In this document: one piece after another, positions 23,301 to 37,800 of the stretch
How positions within the stretch are numbered: position 1 is the stretch's first letter
How the letters are laid out: the number at the start of each line of letters is the position of its first letter
Made by a program: the position numbers and the translations under genes
Notes under the pieces: generated by a model
Database searches by the model: none
Seen by the model: the letters and a program-made list of their open reading frames with translations, nothing else
What the model was told of the DNA's origin: nothing
Assembly: GCA_977017645.1 (NCBI GenBank)
Contig: CDRNVU010000224.1
Coordinates: forward strand, 992,001-1,056,000
Direction of reading: 5' to 3'
Length of the DNA: 64,000 bases
Source: Torpedo marmorata
Taxonomy: Eukaryota

Positions 23301-26300
23301 TCCCCGAAATAACTCTTGTCCCGGAGTGATTCTGATCCCGGAGTGAGTGTGATTCTGATCCCGGAGTGAGTCTGATACCAGAGTGCTGATACCGGAGTGT
23401 GTCCGTTCCCCGAGTAAATATTTTCCAGGAGTCTCTCTGTTCTCAGAGTGACTCTGAACCCTGAGTGAGTCTGATCCCGGAGTTAAGTAGTTCCCGGAGT
23501 GAAACCGATCCCTGCGTGAATCTGTTTCCTGGTCTGAGTCAGATCCCAGAGTGAGTCAATTTTCTGGAGTGAGTTTGATACCCGAGTAAGTTTTTTTTCC
23601 TGGATTGAGTCTGTTTCCGCATTCAGTCCGACGTCAGAGTGGGTCTGCTCCCGGAGTGAGCGTGATCCTGGAGTGAGTCCGTAACCGGTATGAATCTGAT
23701 CCCGGAGTGATTCTGATCTCAGAGTGAGTCTGATCCCAGAGTGCCACTGATCCCGGAGTGAGACAGTTCCCCAAGTGAATATTTTTCCGGAGTGTGTCTG
23801 ATCTCGGAGTGACTCTGTTCCCGGAGTGAGTCTGATCCCGCAGTCAAGTATTTCCCGGAGTGAAACAGATCCCGGATTCATTCCGTGTACGGACTCACCC
23901 CAGTTGCGCACGCACTCCGGAGTGAGCGCATTCCCGGAGTGAGACGAAACCTTGAATGATTCTGAACCCGGATTGTGTGTGTTTCTGGAGTGAATCCGTA
24001 CCCGGAGTGAGTCTGATCCCAGAGTGGTGCTGAAACCGGAGTGTGTCTGTTCCCGGAGTGAATCTGTTTCCGGAGTGTGTCTGTTCACGGAGTGACTCTG
24101 TTCCCGGAGTGAGTCTGATCACGGAGTCAAGTATTTCCCGGAGTGAAACAGATCCCGGAGTGAATCTGTTTCCTGGTGTGAGTCAGATCCCAGAGCGAGT
24201 TTGATTGCTGGAGTGAGTCTGATCCCGGAGTGTCTGTTCCTGGATTGAGTCTGTTCCCGGAGGGAGTGCGAAACTGGTGTTAGTCTGTACACGGAATGAC
24301 TCTGGTCCCGAAGTGATTCTGATCCCGGAGTGTGTCAGATCCCGGAGTGAGTCTGATCACAGAGCGGTGCTAATACCGGAGTGTGTCTGTTCCCGTGTAA
24401 ATATTTTTCAGGAGTGTGTCTGTTCTGAGTGTGACTCTGAACCCTGAATGATTCTGATCCCGGAGTCAAGTATTTCCCGGAGTGAAACAGATCCCGGATT
24501 CATTCCGTGTACGGACTCACCCCAGTTGCGCACGCACTCCAGAGTGAGCGCATTCCCGGAGTGAGTCGAACCCTTGCATGATTCTGAACCCGGATTGTGT
24601 GTGATTCTGGAGTGAGTCCGTACCCGAAGTGAGTCTGATCCGAGAGTGATTCTAATCCCGGAGTGAACCTGATGCCAAAGTGGTACTGATCCCGGAGTGA
24701 GTCCGTTCGCCGAGTGAATACGTTTCCCGAGTTAGCCTGGTCCCGGAGTGTGTCAGAGGCATGAGTGAAATATTTTACGGAGTGAAACAGATCCCGGAGT
24801 GAATCTGTTTCCTGGTGTGAGTCAGTTCTCAGAGCGAGACTGTTTGCTGGAGTGAGACTGATCCCGGAGTGTCTGTTCCTGGATTGAGTCTGTTCCCGGA
24901 GTGCGTGCGAACCTGGGGTGTGTCTGTACCCAGAATGAAGATTGTCCCGGAGTGATTCTGATCCCGTAGTGTGTCTGATCCCAGAGTGGTTCTGAATCCG
25001 GAGTGTGTCTGTTCCCCGAGTGAATCTGTTTCCGGAGTGTGTCTGTTCTCGGAGTGACTCTGTTCCCGGAGTGAGTCTGATCCGGGAGTCAAGGAGTTCC
25101 CAGAGTGAAACGGATCCCGGAGTGAATCTGTTTCCTTGTGTGTCAAATCCCACAGCGAGTCTGTTTGCTGGAACGAGTCTGTTCCCGGACTGTGTGTGAT
25201 AATGGATTGAGTCTGTTCCCGGTGTGTGTCTGATCGCAGAGTGGTACTGATCCTGGAGTGAGTCCGTAACCGGAATGAATCTGATCCCGGAGTGAATCTG
25301 AACCCAACGTGGTACTGTTCCCGGAGTGAGCCTGAACAAGGATTGAGACTTTTTCTAAAGTGTGTTCGTACTGAGAGTGAGTCTGTTCCCGAGTTCAGTC
25401 GTGCGACAGAGTGAGTCTTTTCCGGAGTGAGCGTGATCCTGGAGTAAGTCCCAAACCGGAATGAGTCTGATCACAGAGTGCTACTGATCCCGGAGTGAGT
25501 CTGTTCCCCAAGTGAATCTGTTCCGGAGAGATTCTTTTATCGGAGTGAATCTGTTCCCGGAATGAGTCTGATGCAGGAGTGAAATAGTTCCCGGAGTGAA
25601 ACAGATCCCGGAGTGAATCTGTTTCCTGGTGTGAGTCAGATCCCAGAGCGAGCCTGTTTGCTGGAGTGAGTCTGATCCCGGTGTGAGTCTGTTCCTGGAT
25701 TGCCTGTTGCCGGAGTTTGTGTGATCCTGGAGTGTGAACCTGGAGTGAGCGCATTCCCGGATTGAGTCTGAGGCATGAGTGAAATAGTTCCCGGAGTGAA
25801 AAAGACCCCGGAGTGAATCTGTTTCCTGGTGTGAGTCAGATCCCAGAGCGAGTCTGTTTGCTGGAGTGAGTCTGATCCCGGAGTGTCTGTTCCTGGATTG
25901 AGTCTGTCCCCGGAGGGAGTGCGAACCTGGAGTGAGTCTGTACACGGAATGACTCTGGTCCCGAAGTGATTCTGATCCCGGAGTGTGTCAGATCCCGGAG
26001 TTAGTCTGATCACAGAGCGGTGCTAATACCGGAGTGTGTCTGTTCCCGAGTAAATATTTTTCAGGAGTGTGTCTGTTCTCAGAGTGATTCTGAACCCTGA
26101 ATGAGTCTGATCCCGGAGTCAAGTAGTTCCCGGAGTGAAACAGATCCCGGAGTGTCCGTTCCTGGATTGAGTCTGTTCCCGGAGTGCGTGCGAACCTGGG
26201 GTGTGTCTGTACCCAGAATGAATCTTGTCCCGGAGTGATTCTGATCCCGGAGTGTGTCTGATCCCAGAGTGGTTCTGAATCCGGAGTGTGTCTGTTCCCC

Positions 26301-28721
26301 GAGTGAATCTGTTACCGGAGTGTGTCTGTTCTCGGAGTGACTCTGTTCCCGGAGTGAGTCTGATCCCGGAGTCAAGTAGTTCCCGGAGTGAAACAGATCC
26401 CGGAGTGAATATGTTTCCTGGTGTGAGTCAGATCCCAGAGCGAGTCTGTTTGCTGGAGTGAGTCCGATCCCGGAGTGTCTGTTCCTGGATTGAGTCTGTT
26501 CCCGGAGGGAGTGCGAACCTGGAGTGAGTCTGTACACGGAATGACTCTGGTCCCGAAGTGATTCTGATCAAGGGGTGAGTCTGTTCCCCAAGTGAATCTG
26601 TTCCGGAGAGATTCTTTTATCGGAGTGAATCTGTTCCCGGAATGAGTCTGATGCAGGAGTGAAATAGTTCCCGGAGTGAAACAGATCCCGGAGTGAATCT
26701 GTTTCCTGGTGTGAGTCAGATCCCAGAGCGAGCATGTTTTCTGGAGTGAGTCTGATCCCGGTGTGAGTCTGTTCCTGGATTGTCTGTTGCCGGAGTTTGT
26801 GTGATCCTGGAGTGTGAACATGGAGTGATCGCATTCCCGGATTGAGTCTGAGGCATAAGTGAAATAGTTCCCGGAGTGAAAAAGACCCCGGAGTGAATCT
26901 ATTTCCTGGTGTGAGTCAGATCCCAGAGCGAGTCTGTTTGCTGGAGTGAGTCTGATCCCGGAGTGTCTGTTCCTGGATTGAGTCTGTTCCCGGAGGGAGT
27001 GCGAACCTGGAGTGAGTCTGTACACGGAATGACTCTGGTCCCGAAGTGATTCTGATCCCGGAGTGAGTCAGAACCCTGAGTGAGTCTGATCACAGAGCGG
27101 TGCTAATACCGGAGTGTGTCTGTTCCCGAGTAAATATTTTTCAGGAGTGTGTCTGTTCTCAGAGTGATTCTGAACCCTGAATGAGTCTGATCCCGGAGTC
27201 AAGTATTTCCCGGAGTGAAACAGATCCCGGATTCAATCCGTGTACAGACTCACCCCAGTTGCGCATCCACTCCAGACTGAGCGCATTCCCGGAGTGAGTC
27301 GAACCCTTGAATGATTCTGAACCCGGACTGTGTGTGTTTCTAGAGTGAGTCCGTTCCCGGAGTGAGTCTGAGGCATGAGTGAAATAGTTCTCGGTGTGAA
27401 ACAGATCCCGGAGTGAATCTGTTCCCTGGTGTGGGTCAGATCCCAGAGCGCGTCTGTTTGCTGGTGTGAGTCTGATCCCGGAGTGTCTGTTGCTGGAGGG
27501 AGTGCAAACCTGGAGTGAGTCTGTCCCCGGAATAAATCTGGTCCCGGAGTGATTCTGATCCCGGAGTGAGTGTGAATCTGATCCCGGAGTGAGTCTGATC
27601 CCAGAGTGCTGATACCGGAGTGTGTCCGTTCCCCGAGTAAATATTTTCCAGGAGTCTCTCTGTTCTCAGAGTGACTCTGAACCCTGAGTGAGTCTGATCC
27701 CGGAGTTAAGTAGTTCCCGGAGTGAAACCGATCCCTGCGTGAATCTGTTTCCTGGTCTGAGTCAGATCCCAGAGTGAGTCAATTTTCTGGAGTGAGTTTG
27801 ATACCCGAGTAAGTTTTTTTCCTGGATTGAGTCTGTTCCCGCATTCAGTCCGACGCCAGAGTGGGTCTGCTCCCGGAGTGAGCGGGATCCTGGAGTGAGT
27901 CCGTAACCGGTATGAATCTGATCCCGGAGTGATTCTGATCTCAGAGTGAGTCTGATCCCAGAGTGCTACTGATCCCGGAGTGAGACAGTTCCCCAAGTGA
28001 ATATTTTTCCGGAGTGTGTCTGATCTCGGAGTGACTCTGTTCCCGGAGTGAGTCTGATCCCGCAGTCAAGTATTTCCCGGAGTGAAACAGATCCCGGATT
28101 CATTCCGTGTACGGACTCACCACAGTTGCGCACGCACTCCGGAGTGAGCGCATTCCCGGAGTGAGTCGAAACCTTGAATGATTCTGAACCCGGATTGTGT
28201 GTGTTTCTGGAGTGAGTCCGTACCCGGAGTGAGGCTGATCCCAGAGTGGTGCTGATACCGGAGTGTGTCTGTTCCCGGAGTGAATATGTTTCCGGAGTGT
28301 GTCTGTTCACGGAGTGACTCTGTTCCCGGAGTGAGTCTGATCCCGGAGTCAAGTAGTTCCCGGAGGGAAACAGATCCCGGAGTGAATCTGTTTCCTGGTG
28401 TGAGTCAGATCCCAGAGCGAGTCAGTTTGCTGGAGTGAGTCTGATCCCGGGGTGTCTGTTCCTGGATTGAGTCTGTTCCCGGAGGGAGTGCGAACCTGGA
28501 GTGAGTCTGTACACGGAATGACTCTGGTCCCGAAGTGATTCTGATCCCGGAGTGTGTCAGATCCCTGAGTGAGTCTGATCAGAGAGCGGTGCTAATACCG
28601 GAGTGTGTCTGTTCCCGTGCAAATATTTTTCAGGTGTGTGTCTGTTCTCAGTGTGACTCTGAACCCTGAATGAGTCTGATCCCGGAGTCAAGTATTTCCC
28701 GGAGTGAAACAGATCCCGGAT

Positions 28722-31700
28722 TCATTCCGTGTACGGACTCACCCCAGTTGCGCACGCAGTCCAGAGGGAGCGCATTCCCGGAGTGAGTCGAACCCTTGAA
28801 TGATTCTGAACCCGGATTGTGTGTGATTCTGGATTGAGTCCGTACCCGGAGTGAGTCTGATCCGAGAGTGATTCTAATCCCGGAGTCAACCTGATGCCAA
28901 AGTGGTACTGATCCCGGAGTGAGTCCGTTCGCCGAGTGAATACGTTTCCCGAGTGAGCCTGGTCCAGGAGTGTGTCTGAGGCATGAGTGAAATATTTTCC
29001 GGATTGAAACAGATCCCGGAGTGAATCTGTTTCCTGGTGTGAGTCCGTTCTCAGAGCGAGACTGTTTGCTGGAGTGAGACTGATCCCGGAGTGTCTGTTC
29101 CTGGATTGAGTCTGTTCCCGGAGTGCGTGCGAACCTGGGGTGTGTCTGTACCCAGAATGAATCTTGTCCCGGAGTGATTCTGATCCCGGAGTGTGTCTGA
29201 TCCCAGAGTGGTTCTGAATCCGGAGTGTGTCTGTTCCCCGAGTGAATCTGTTTCCGGAGTGTGTCTGTTCTCGGAGTGACTCTGTTCCCGGAGTGAGTCT
29301 GATCCCGGAGTCAAGGAGTTCCCAGAGTGAAACGGATCCCGGAGTGAATCTGTTTCCTCGTGTGTCAAATCCCACAGCGAGTCTGTTTGCTGGAACGAGT
29401 CTGTTCCCGGACTGTGTGTGATAATGGATTGAGTCTGTTCCCGGTGTGTGTCTGATCGCAGAGTGGTACTGATCCTGGAGTGAGTCCGTAACCGGAATGA
29501 ATCTGATCCCGGAGTGAATCTGAACCCAACGTGGTACTGTTCCCGGAGTGAGCCTGAACAAGGATTGAGACTTTTTCTAAAGTGTGTTCGTACTGAGAGT
29601 GAGTCTGTTCCCGAGTTCAGTTGGACGCCAGAGTGAGTCTTTTCCGGAGTGAGCGTGATCCTGGAGTGAGTCCCAAACCGGAATGAGCCTGATCACAGAG
29701 TGCTACTGATCCCGGAGTGAGTCTGTTCCCCAAGTGAATCTGTTCCGGAGAGATTCTTTTATCGGAGTGAATCTGTTCCCGGAATGAGTCTGATGCAGGA
29801 GTGAAATAGTTCCCAGAGTGAATCAGATCCCGGAGTGAATCTGTTTCCTGGTGTGAGTCAGATCCCAGAGCGAGCATGTTTCTGGAGTGAGTCTGATCCC
29901 GGTGTGAGTCTGTTCCTGGATTGTCTGTTACCGGAGATTGTGAGATCCCGGAGTGTGAACCTGGAGTGAGCGCATTCCCGGATTGAGTCTGAGGCATGAG
30001 TGAAATAGTTCCCGGAGTGAAAAAGACCCCGGAGTGAATCTGTTTCCTGGTGTGAGTCAGATCCCAGAGCGAGTCTGTTTGCTGGAGTGAGTCTGATCCC
30101 GGAGTGTCTATTCCTGGATTGAGTCTGTTCCCGGAGGGAGTGCGAACCTGGAGTGAGTCTGTACAGGGAATGAGTCTGGTCCCGAAGTGATTCTGATCCC
30201 GGAGTGAGTCAGATCCCTGAGTGAGTCTGATCACAGAGCGGTGCTAATACCGGAGTGTGTCTGTTCCCGAGTAAATATTTTTCAGGAGTGTGTCTGTTCT
30301 CAGAGTGATTCTGAACCCTGAATGAGTCTGATCCCGGAGTCAAGTATTTCCCGGAGTGAAACAGATCCCGGATTCATTCCGTGTACGGACTCACCCCAGT
30401 TGCGCACGCACTCCAGAGTGAGCGCATTCCCGGAGTGAGTCGAACCCTTTAATGATTCTGAACCCGGATTGTGTGTGTTTCTGGAGTGAGTCCGTTCCCG
30501 GAGTGAGTCTGAGGCATGAGTGAAATAGTTCTCGGTGTGAAACAGATCCCGGAGTGAATCTGTTCCCTGGTGTGGGTCAGATCCCAGAGCGCGTCTGTTT
30601 GCTGGTGTGAGTCTGATCCCGGAGTGTCTGTTGCTGGAGGGAGTGCGAACCTGGAGTGAGTCTGTCCCCGGAATAACTCTGGTCCCGGAGTTATTCTGAT
30701 CCCGGAGTGAGTGTGATTCTGATCCCGGAGTGAGTCTGATCCCAGAGTGCTGATACCGGAGTGTGTCCGTTCCCCGAGTAAATATTTTCCAGGAGTCTCT
30801 CTGTTCTCAGAGTGACTCTGAACCCTGAGTGAGTCTGATCCCGGAGTTAAGTAATTCCCGGAGTGAAACCGATCCCTGCGTGAATCTGTTTCCTGGTCTG
30901 AGTCAGATCCCAGAGTGAGTCAATTTTCTGGAGTGAGTTTGATACCCGAGTAAGTTTTTTTTCCTGGATTGAGTCTGTTACCGCATTCAATCCGACGCCA
31001 GAGTGGGTCTGCTCCCGGAGTGAGCGTGATCCTGGAGTGAGTCCGTAACCGGTATGAATCTGATCCCGGAGTGATTCTGATCTCAGAGTGAGTCTGATCC
31101 CAGAGTGCTACTGATCCCGGAGTGAGACAGTTCCCCAAGTGAATATTTTTCCGGAGTGTGTCTGATCTCGGAGTGACTCTGTTCCCGGAGTGAGTCTGAT
31201 CCCGCAGTCAAGTATTTCCCGGAGTGAAACAGATCCCGGATTCATTCCGTGTACGGACTCACCCCAGTTGCGCACGCACTCCGGAGTGAGCGCATTCCCG
31301 GAGTGAGTCGAAACCTTGAATGATTCTGAACCCGGATTGTGTGTGTTTCTGGAGTGAGTCCGTACCCGGAGTGAGTCTGATCACAGAGTGGTGCTGATAC
31401 CGGAGTGTGTCTGTTCCCGGAGTGAATCTGTTTCCGGTGTGTGTCTGTTCACGGAGTGACTCTGTTCCCGGAGTGATTCTGATCCCGGAGTCAAGTAGTT
31501 CCCGGAGTGAAACAGATCCCGGAGTGAATCTGTTTCCTGGTGTGAGTCAGATCCCAGAGCGAGTCTGTTTGCTGGAGTGAGTCTGATCCCGGAGTGTCTG
31601 TTCCTGGATTGATTCTGTTCCCGGAGGGAGTGCGAACCTGGAGTGAGTCTGTACACGGAATTACTCTGGTCCCGAAGTGATTCTGATCCCGGAGTGTGTC

Positions 31701-31863
31701 AGATCCCGGAGTGAGTCTGATCACAGAGCGGTGCTTATACCGGAGTGTGTCTGTACACGTGTAAATATTTTTCAGGAGTGTGTCTGTTCTCAGTGTGACT
31801 CTGAACCCTGAATGAGTCTGATCCCGGAGTCAAGTATTTCCCGGAGTGAAACAGATCCCGGAT
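28722..31863 (+). repeat. Representative canonical HOR unit (3,142 bp); further complete units at 31864-35005, 47450-50592 and 50593-53734
   Basis: Equivalent positions at 28722, 31864 and 35006, and at 47450, 50593 and 53735, taken from matching ORF-track ends and landmark motifs. Confidence 0.88.
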
Positions 31864-34800
31864 TCATTCCGTGTACGGACTCACCCCAGTTGCGCACGCA
31901 CTCCAGAGTGAGCGCATTCCCGGAGTGAGTCGAACCCTTGAATGATTCTGAACCCGGATTGTGTGTGTTTCTGGAGTGAGTCCGTACCAGGAGTGAGTCT
32001 GATCCGAGAGTGATTCTAATCCCGGAGTGAACCTGATGCCAAAGTGGTACTGATCCCGGAGTGAGTCCGTTCGCCGAGTGAATACGTTTCCCGAGTGAGC
32101 CTGGTCCCGGAGTGTGTCTGAGGCATGAGTGAAATATTTTCCGGAGTGAAACAGATCCCGGAGTGAATCTGTTTCCTGGTGTGAGTCAGTTCTCAGAGCG
32201 AGACTGTTTGCTGGAGTGAGACTGATCCCGGAGTAGCTGTTCCTGGATTGAGTCTGTTCCCGGAGTGCGTGCGAACCTGGGGTGTGTCTGTACCCAGAAT
32301 GAATCTTGTCCCGGAGTGATTCTGATCCCGGAGTGTGTCTGATCCCAGAGAGGTTCTGAATCCGGAGTGTGTCTGTTCCCCGAGTGAATCTGTTTCCGGA
32401 GTGTGTCTGTTCTCGGAGTGACTCTGTTCCCGGAGTGAGTCTGATCCCGGAGTCAAGGAGTTCCCAGAGTGAAACGGATCCCGGAGTGAATCTGTTTCCT
32501 TGTGTGACAAATCCCACAGCGAGTCTGTTTGCTGGAACGAGTCTGTTCCCGGACTGTGTGTGATAATGGATTGAGTCTGTTCCCGGTGTGTGTCTGATCG
32601 CAGAGTGGTACTGATCCTGGAGTGAGTCCGTAACCGGAATGAATCTGATCCCGGAGTGAATCTGAACCCAACGTGGTACTGTTCCCGGAGTGAGCCTGAA
32701 CAAGGATTGAGACTTTTTCTAAAGTGTGTTCGTACTGAGAGTTAGTCTGTTCCCGAATTCAGTCGGACGCCAGAGTGAGTCTTTTCCGGAGTGAGCGTGA
32801 TCCTGGAGTGAGTCCCAAACCGGAATGAGCCTGATCACAGAGTGCTACTGATCCCGGAGTGTGTCTGTTCCCCAAGTGAATCTGTTCCGGAGAGATTCTT
32901 TTCTCGGAGTGAATCTGTTCCCGGAATGAGTCTGATGCAGGAGTGAAATAGTTCCCGGAGTGAAACAGATCCCGGAGTGAATCTGTTTCCTGGTGTGAGT
33001 CAGATCCCAGAGCGAGCATGTTTTCTGGAGTGAGTCTGATCCCGGTGTGAGTCTGTTCCTGGATTGTCTGTTACCGGAGTTTGTGAGATCCCGGAGTGTG
33101 AACCTGGAGTGAGCGCATTCCCGGATTGAGTCTGAGGCATGAGTGAAATAGTTCCCGGAGTGAAAAAGACCCCGGAGTGAATCTATTTCCTGGTGTGAGT
33201 CAGATCCCAGAGCGAGTCTGTTTGCTGGAGTGAGTCTGATCCCGGAGTGTCTGTTCCTGGATTGAGTCTGTTCCCGGAGGGAGTGCGAACCTGGAGTGAG
33301 TCTGTACACGGAATGACTCTGGTCCCGAAGTGATTCTGATCCCGGAGTGAGTCAGATCCCGGAGTAAGTCTGATCACAGAGCGGTGCTAATACCGGAGTG
33401 TGTCTGTTCCCGAATAAATATTTTTCAGGAGTGTGTCTGTTCTCAGAGTGATTCTGAACCCTGAATGAGTCTGATCCCGGAGTCAAGTATTTCCCGGAGT
33501 GAAACAGATCCCGGATTCATTCCGTGTACAGACTCACCCCAGTAGCGCATCCACTCCAGAGTGAGCGCATTCCCGGAGTGAGTCGAACCCTTGAATGATT
33601 CTGAACCCGGATTGTGTGTGTTTCTGCAGTGAGTCCGTTCCCGGAGTGAGTCTGAGGCATGAGGGAAATAGTTCTCGGTGTGAAACAGATCCCGGAGTGA
33701 ATCTGTTCCCTGGTGTGGGTCAGATCCCAGAGCGCGTCTGTTTGCTGGTGTGAGTCTGATCCCGGAGTGTCTGTTGCTGGAAGGAGTGCGAACCTGGAGT
33801 GAGTCTGTCCCCCGAATAACTTTGGTCCCGGAGTGATTCTGATCCCGGAGTGAGTGTGATTCTGATCCCGGAGTGAGTCTGATACCAGAGTGCTGATACC
33901 GGAGTGTGTCCGTTCCCCGAGTAAATATTTTCCAGGAGTCTCTCTGTTCTCAGAGTGACTCTGAACCCTGAGTGAGTCTGATCCCGGAGTTAAGTAGTTC
34001 CCGGAGTGAAACCGATCCCTGCGTGAATCTGTTTCCTGGTCTGAGTCAGATCCCAGAGTGAGTCAATTTTCTGGAGTGAGTTTGATACCCGAGTAAGTTT
34101 TTTTTCCTGGATTGTGTCTGTTCCCGCATTCAGTCCGACGCCAGAGTGGGTCTGCTCCCGGAGTGAGCGTGATCCTGGAGTGAGTCCGTAACCGGTATGA
34201 ATCTTATCCCGGAGTGATTCTGATCTCAGAGTGAGTCTGATCCCAGAGTGCTACTGATCCCGGAGTGAGACAGTTCCCCAAGTGAATATTTTTCCGGTGT
34301 GTGTCTGATCTCGGAGTGACTCTGTTCCGGAGTGAGTCTGATCCCGCAGTCAAGTATTTCCCGGAGTGAAACAGATCCCGGATTCATTCCGTGTACGGAC
34401 TCACCCCAGTTGCGCACGCACTCCGGAGTGAGCGCATTCCCGGAGTGAGACGAAACCTTGAATGATTCTGAACCCGGATTGTGTGTGTTTCTGGAGTGAG
34501 TCCGTACCCGCAGTGAGTCTGATCCCAGAGTGGTGCTGATACCGGAGTGTGTCTGTTCCCGGAATGAATCTGTTTCCGGAGTGTGTCTGTTCACGGAGTG
34601 ACTCTGTTCCCGGAGTGAGTCTGATCCCGGAGTCAATTAGTTCCCGGAGTGAAACAGATCCCGGAGTGAATCTGTTTCCTGGTGTGAGTCAGATCCCAGA
34701 GCGAGTCTGTTTGCTGGAGTGAGTCTGATCCCGGAGTGTCTGTTCCTGGATTGAGTCTGTTCCCGGAGGGAGTGCGAACCTGGAGTGGGTCTGTACACGG

Positions 34801-37800
34801 AATGACTCTGGTCCCGAAGTGATTCTGATCCCGGAGTGTGTCAGATCCCTGAGTGAGTCTGATCACAGAGCGGTGCTAATACCGGAGTGTGTCTGTTCCC
34901 GAGTAAATATTTTTCAGGTGTGTGTCTGTTCTCAGTGTAACTCTGAACCCTGAATGAGTCTGATCCCGGAGTCAAGTATTTCCCGGAGTGAAACAGATCC
35001 CGGATTCATTCCGTGTACGGACTCACCCCAGTTGCGACCGCATTCCAGAGTGAGCGCAATCCCGGAGTGAGTCGAACCCTTGAATGATTCTGAACCCGGA
35101 TTGTGTGTGATTCTGGAGTGAGTCCGTACCCGGAGTGAGTCTGATCCGAGAGTGATTCTAATCCCGGAGTGAACCTGATGCGAAAGTGGTACTGATCCCG
35201 GAGTGAGTCCGTTCGCAGAGTGAATACGTTTCCCGAGTGAGCCTGGTCCCGGAGTGTGTCTGATGCACGAGTCAAATATTTTCCAGAGTGAAACAGATCC
35301 CGGAGTGAATCTGTTCCTGGTGTGAGTCAGTTCTCAGAGCGAGACTGTTTGCTGGAGTGAGACTGATCCCGGAGTGTCTGTTCCTGGATTGATTCTGTTC
35401 CCGGAGTGCGTGCGAACCTAGGGTGTGTCTGTACCCAGAATGAATCTTGTCCCGGAGTGATTCTGATCACGGAGTGTGTCTGATCCCAGAGTGGTTCTGA
35501 ATCCGGAGTGTGTCTGTTCCCCGAGTGAATCTGTTCCGGAGTGTGTCTGTTCTCGGAGTGACTCTGTTCCCGGAGTGAGTCTGATCCCGGAGTCAAGGAG
35601 TTCCCAGAGTGAAACGGATCCCGGAGTGAATCTGTTTCCTTGTGTGACAAATCCCACAGAGAGTCTGTTTGCTGGAACGAGTCTGTTCCCGGACTGTGTG
35701 TGATAATGGATTGAGTCTGTTCCCGGTGTGTGTCTGATCGCAGAGTGGTACTGATCCTGGAGTGAGTCCGTAACCGGAATGAATCTGATCCCGGAGTGAA
35801 TCTGAACCCAACGTGGTACTGATCCCGGAGTGAGCCTGAACAAGGATTGAGACTTTTTCTAAAGTGTGTTCGTACTGAGAGTTAGTCTGTTCCCGAATTC
35901 AGTCGGGCGACAGAGTGAGTCTTTTCCGGAGTGAGCGTGATCCTGGAGTGAGTCCCAATCCGGAATGAGGCTGATCCCAGAGTGCCACTGATCCCGGAGT
36001 GAGTCTGTTCCCCACGTGAATCTGTTCCGGAGAGATTCTTTTATCGGAGTGAATCTGTTCCCGGAATGAGTCTGATGCAGGAGTGAAATAGTTCCCGGAG
36101 TGAAACAGATCCCGGAGTGAATCTGTTTCCTGGTGTGAGTCAGAACCCAGAGCGAGCATGTTTTCTGGAGTGAGTCTGATCCCGGTGTGAGTCTGTTCCT
36201 GGATTGTCTGTTGCCGGAGTTTGTGTGATCCTGGAGTGTGAACCTGGAGTGAGCGCATTCCCGGATTGAGTCTGAGGCATGAGTGAAATAGTTCCCGGAG
36301 TGAAAAAGACCCCGGAGTGAATCTGTTTCCTGGTGTGAGTCAGATCCCAGAGCGAGTCTGTTTGCTGGAGTGAGTCTGATCCCGGAGTGTCTGTTCCTGG
36401 ATTGAGTCTGTCCCCGGAGGGAGTGCGAACCTGGAGTGAGTCTGTACACGGAATGACTCTGGTCCCGAAGTGATTCTGATCCCGGAGTGTGTCAGATCCC
36501 GGAGTGAGTCTGATCAGAGAGCGGTGCTAATACCGGAGTGTGTCTGTTCCCGAGTAAATATTTTTCAGGAGTGTGTCTGTTCTCAGAGTGATTCTGAACC
36601 CTGAATGAGTCTGATCCCGGAGTCAAGTATTTCCCGGAGTGAAACAGATCCCGGATTCATTCCGTGTACGGACTCACCCCAGTTGCGCACGCACTCCACA
36701 GTGAGCGCATTCCCGGAGTGAGTCGAACCCTTGCATGATTCTGAACCCGGATTCTGTGTGATTCTGGAGTGAGTCCGTACCCGGAGTGAGTCTGATCCGA
36801 GAGTGATTCTAATCCCGGAGTGAACCTGATGCCAAAGTGGTACTGATCCCGGAGTGAGTCCGTTCGCCGAGTGAATACGTTTCCCGAGTGAGCCTGGTCC
36901 CGGAGTGTGTCTGAGGCATGAGTGAAATATTTTCCGGAGTGAAACAGATCCCGGAGTGAATCTGTTTCCTGGTGTGAGTCAGTTCTCAGAGCGAGACTGT
37001 TTGCTGGAGTGAGACTGATCCCGGAGTGTCTGTTCCTGGATTGAGTCTGTTCCCGGAGTGCGTGCGAACCTTGGGTGTGTCTGTACCCAGAATGAATCTT
37101 GTCCCGGAGTGATTCTGATCCCGGAGTGTGTCTGATCCCAGAGAGGTTGTGAATCCGGAGTGTGTCTGTTCCCCGAGCGAATCTGTTTCCGGAGTGTGTC
37201 TGTTCTCGGAGTGACTCTGTTCCCGGAGTGAGTCTGATCCCGGAGTCAAGTATTTCCCGGAGTGAAACAGATCCCGGATTCATTCCGTGTACGGACTCAC
37301 CCCAGTTGCGCACGCACTCCGGAGTGAGCGCATTCCGGGAGTGAGTCGAAACCTTGAATGATTCTGAACCCGGATTGTGTGTGATTCTGGAGTGAGTCCG
37401 TACTCGGAGTGTGTCTGATCCGAGAGTGATTCTAATCCCGGAGTGAACCTGATGCCAAAGTGGTACTGATCCCGGACTGAGTCCGTTCGCCGAGTGAATA
37501 CGTTTCCCGAGTGAGCCTGGTCCCGGAGTGTGTCTGAGGCATGAGTGAAATATTTTCCGGAGTGAAACAGATCCCGGAGTGAATCTGCTTCCTGGTGTGA
37601 GTCAGTTCTCAGAGCGAGACTGTTTGCTGGAGTGAGACTGATCCCGGAGTGTCTGTTCCTGGATTGAGTCTGTTCCCGGAGTGCGTGCGAACCTGGGGTG
37701 TGTCTGTACCCAGAATGAATCTTGTTCCGGAGTGATTCTGATCCCGGAGTGTGTCTGATCCCAGAGAGGTTCTGAATCCGGAGTGTGTCTGTTCTCGGAG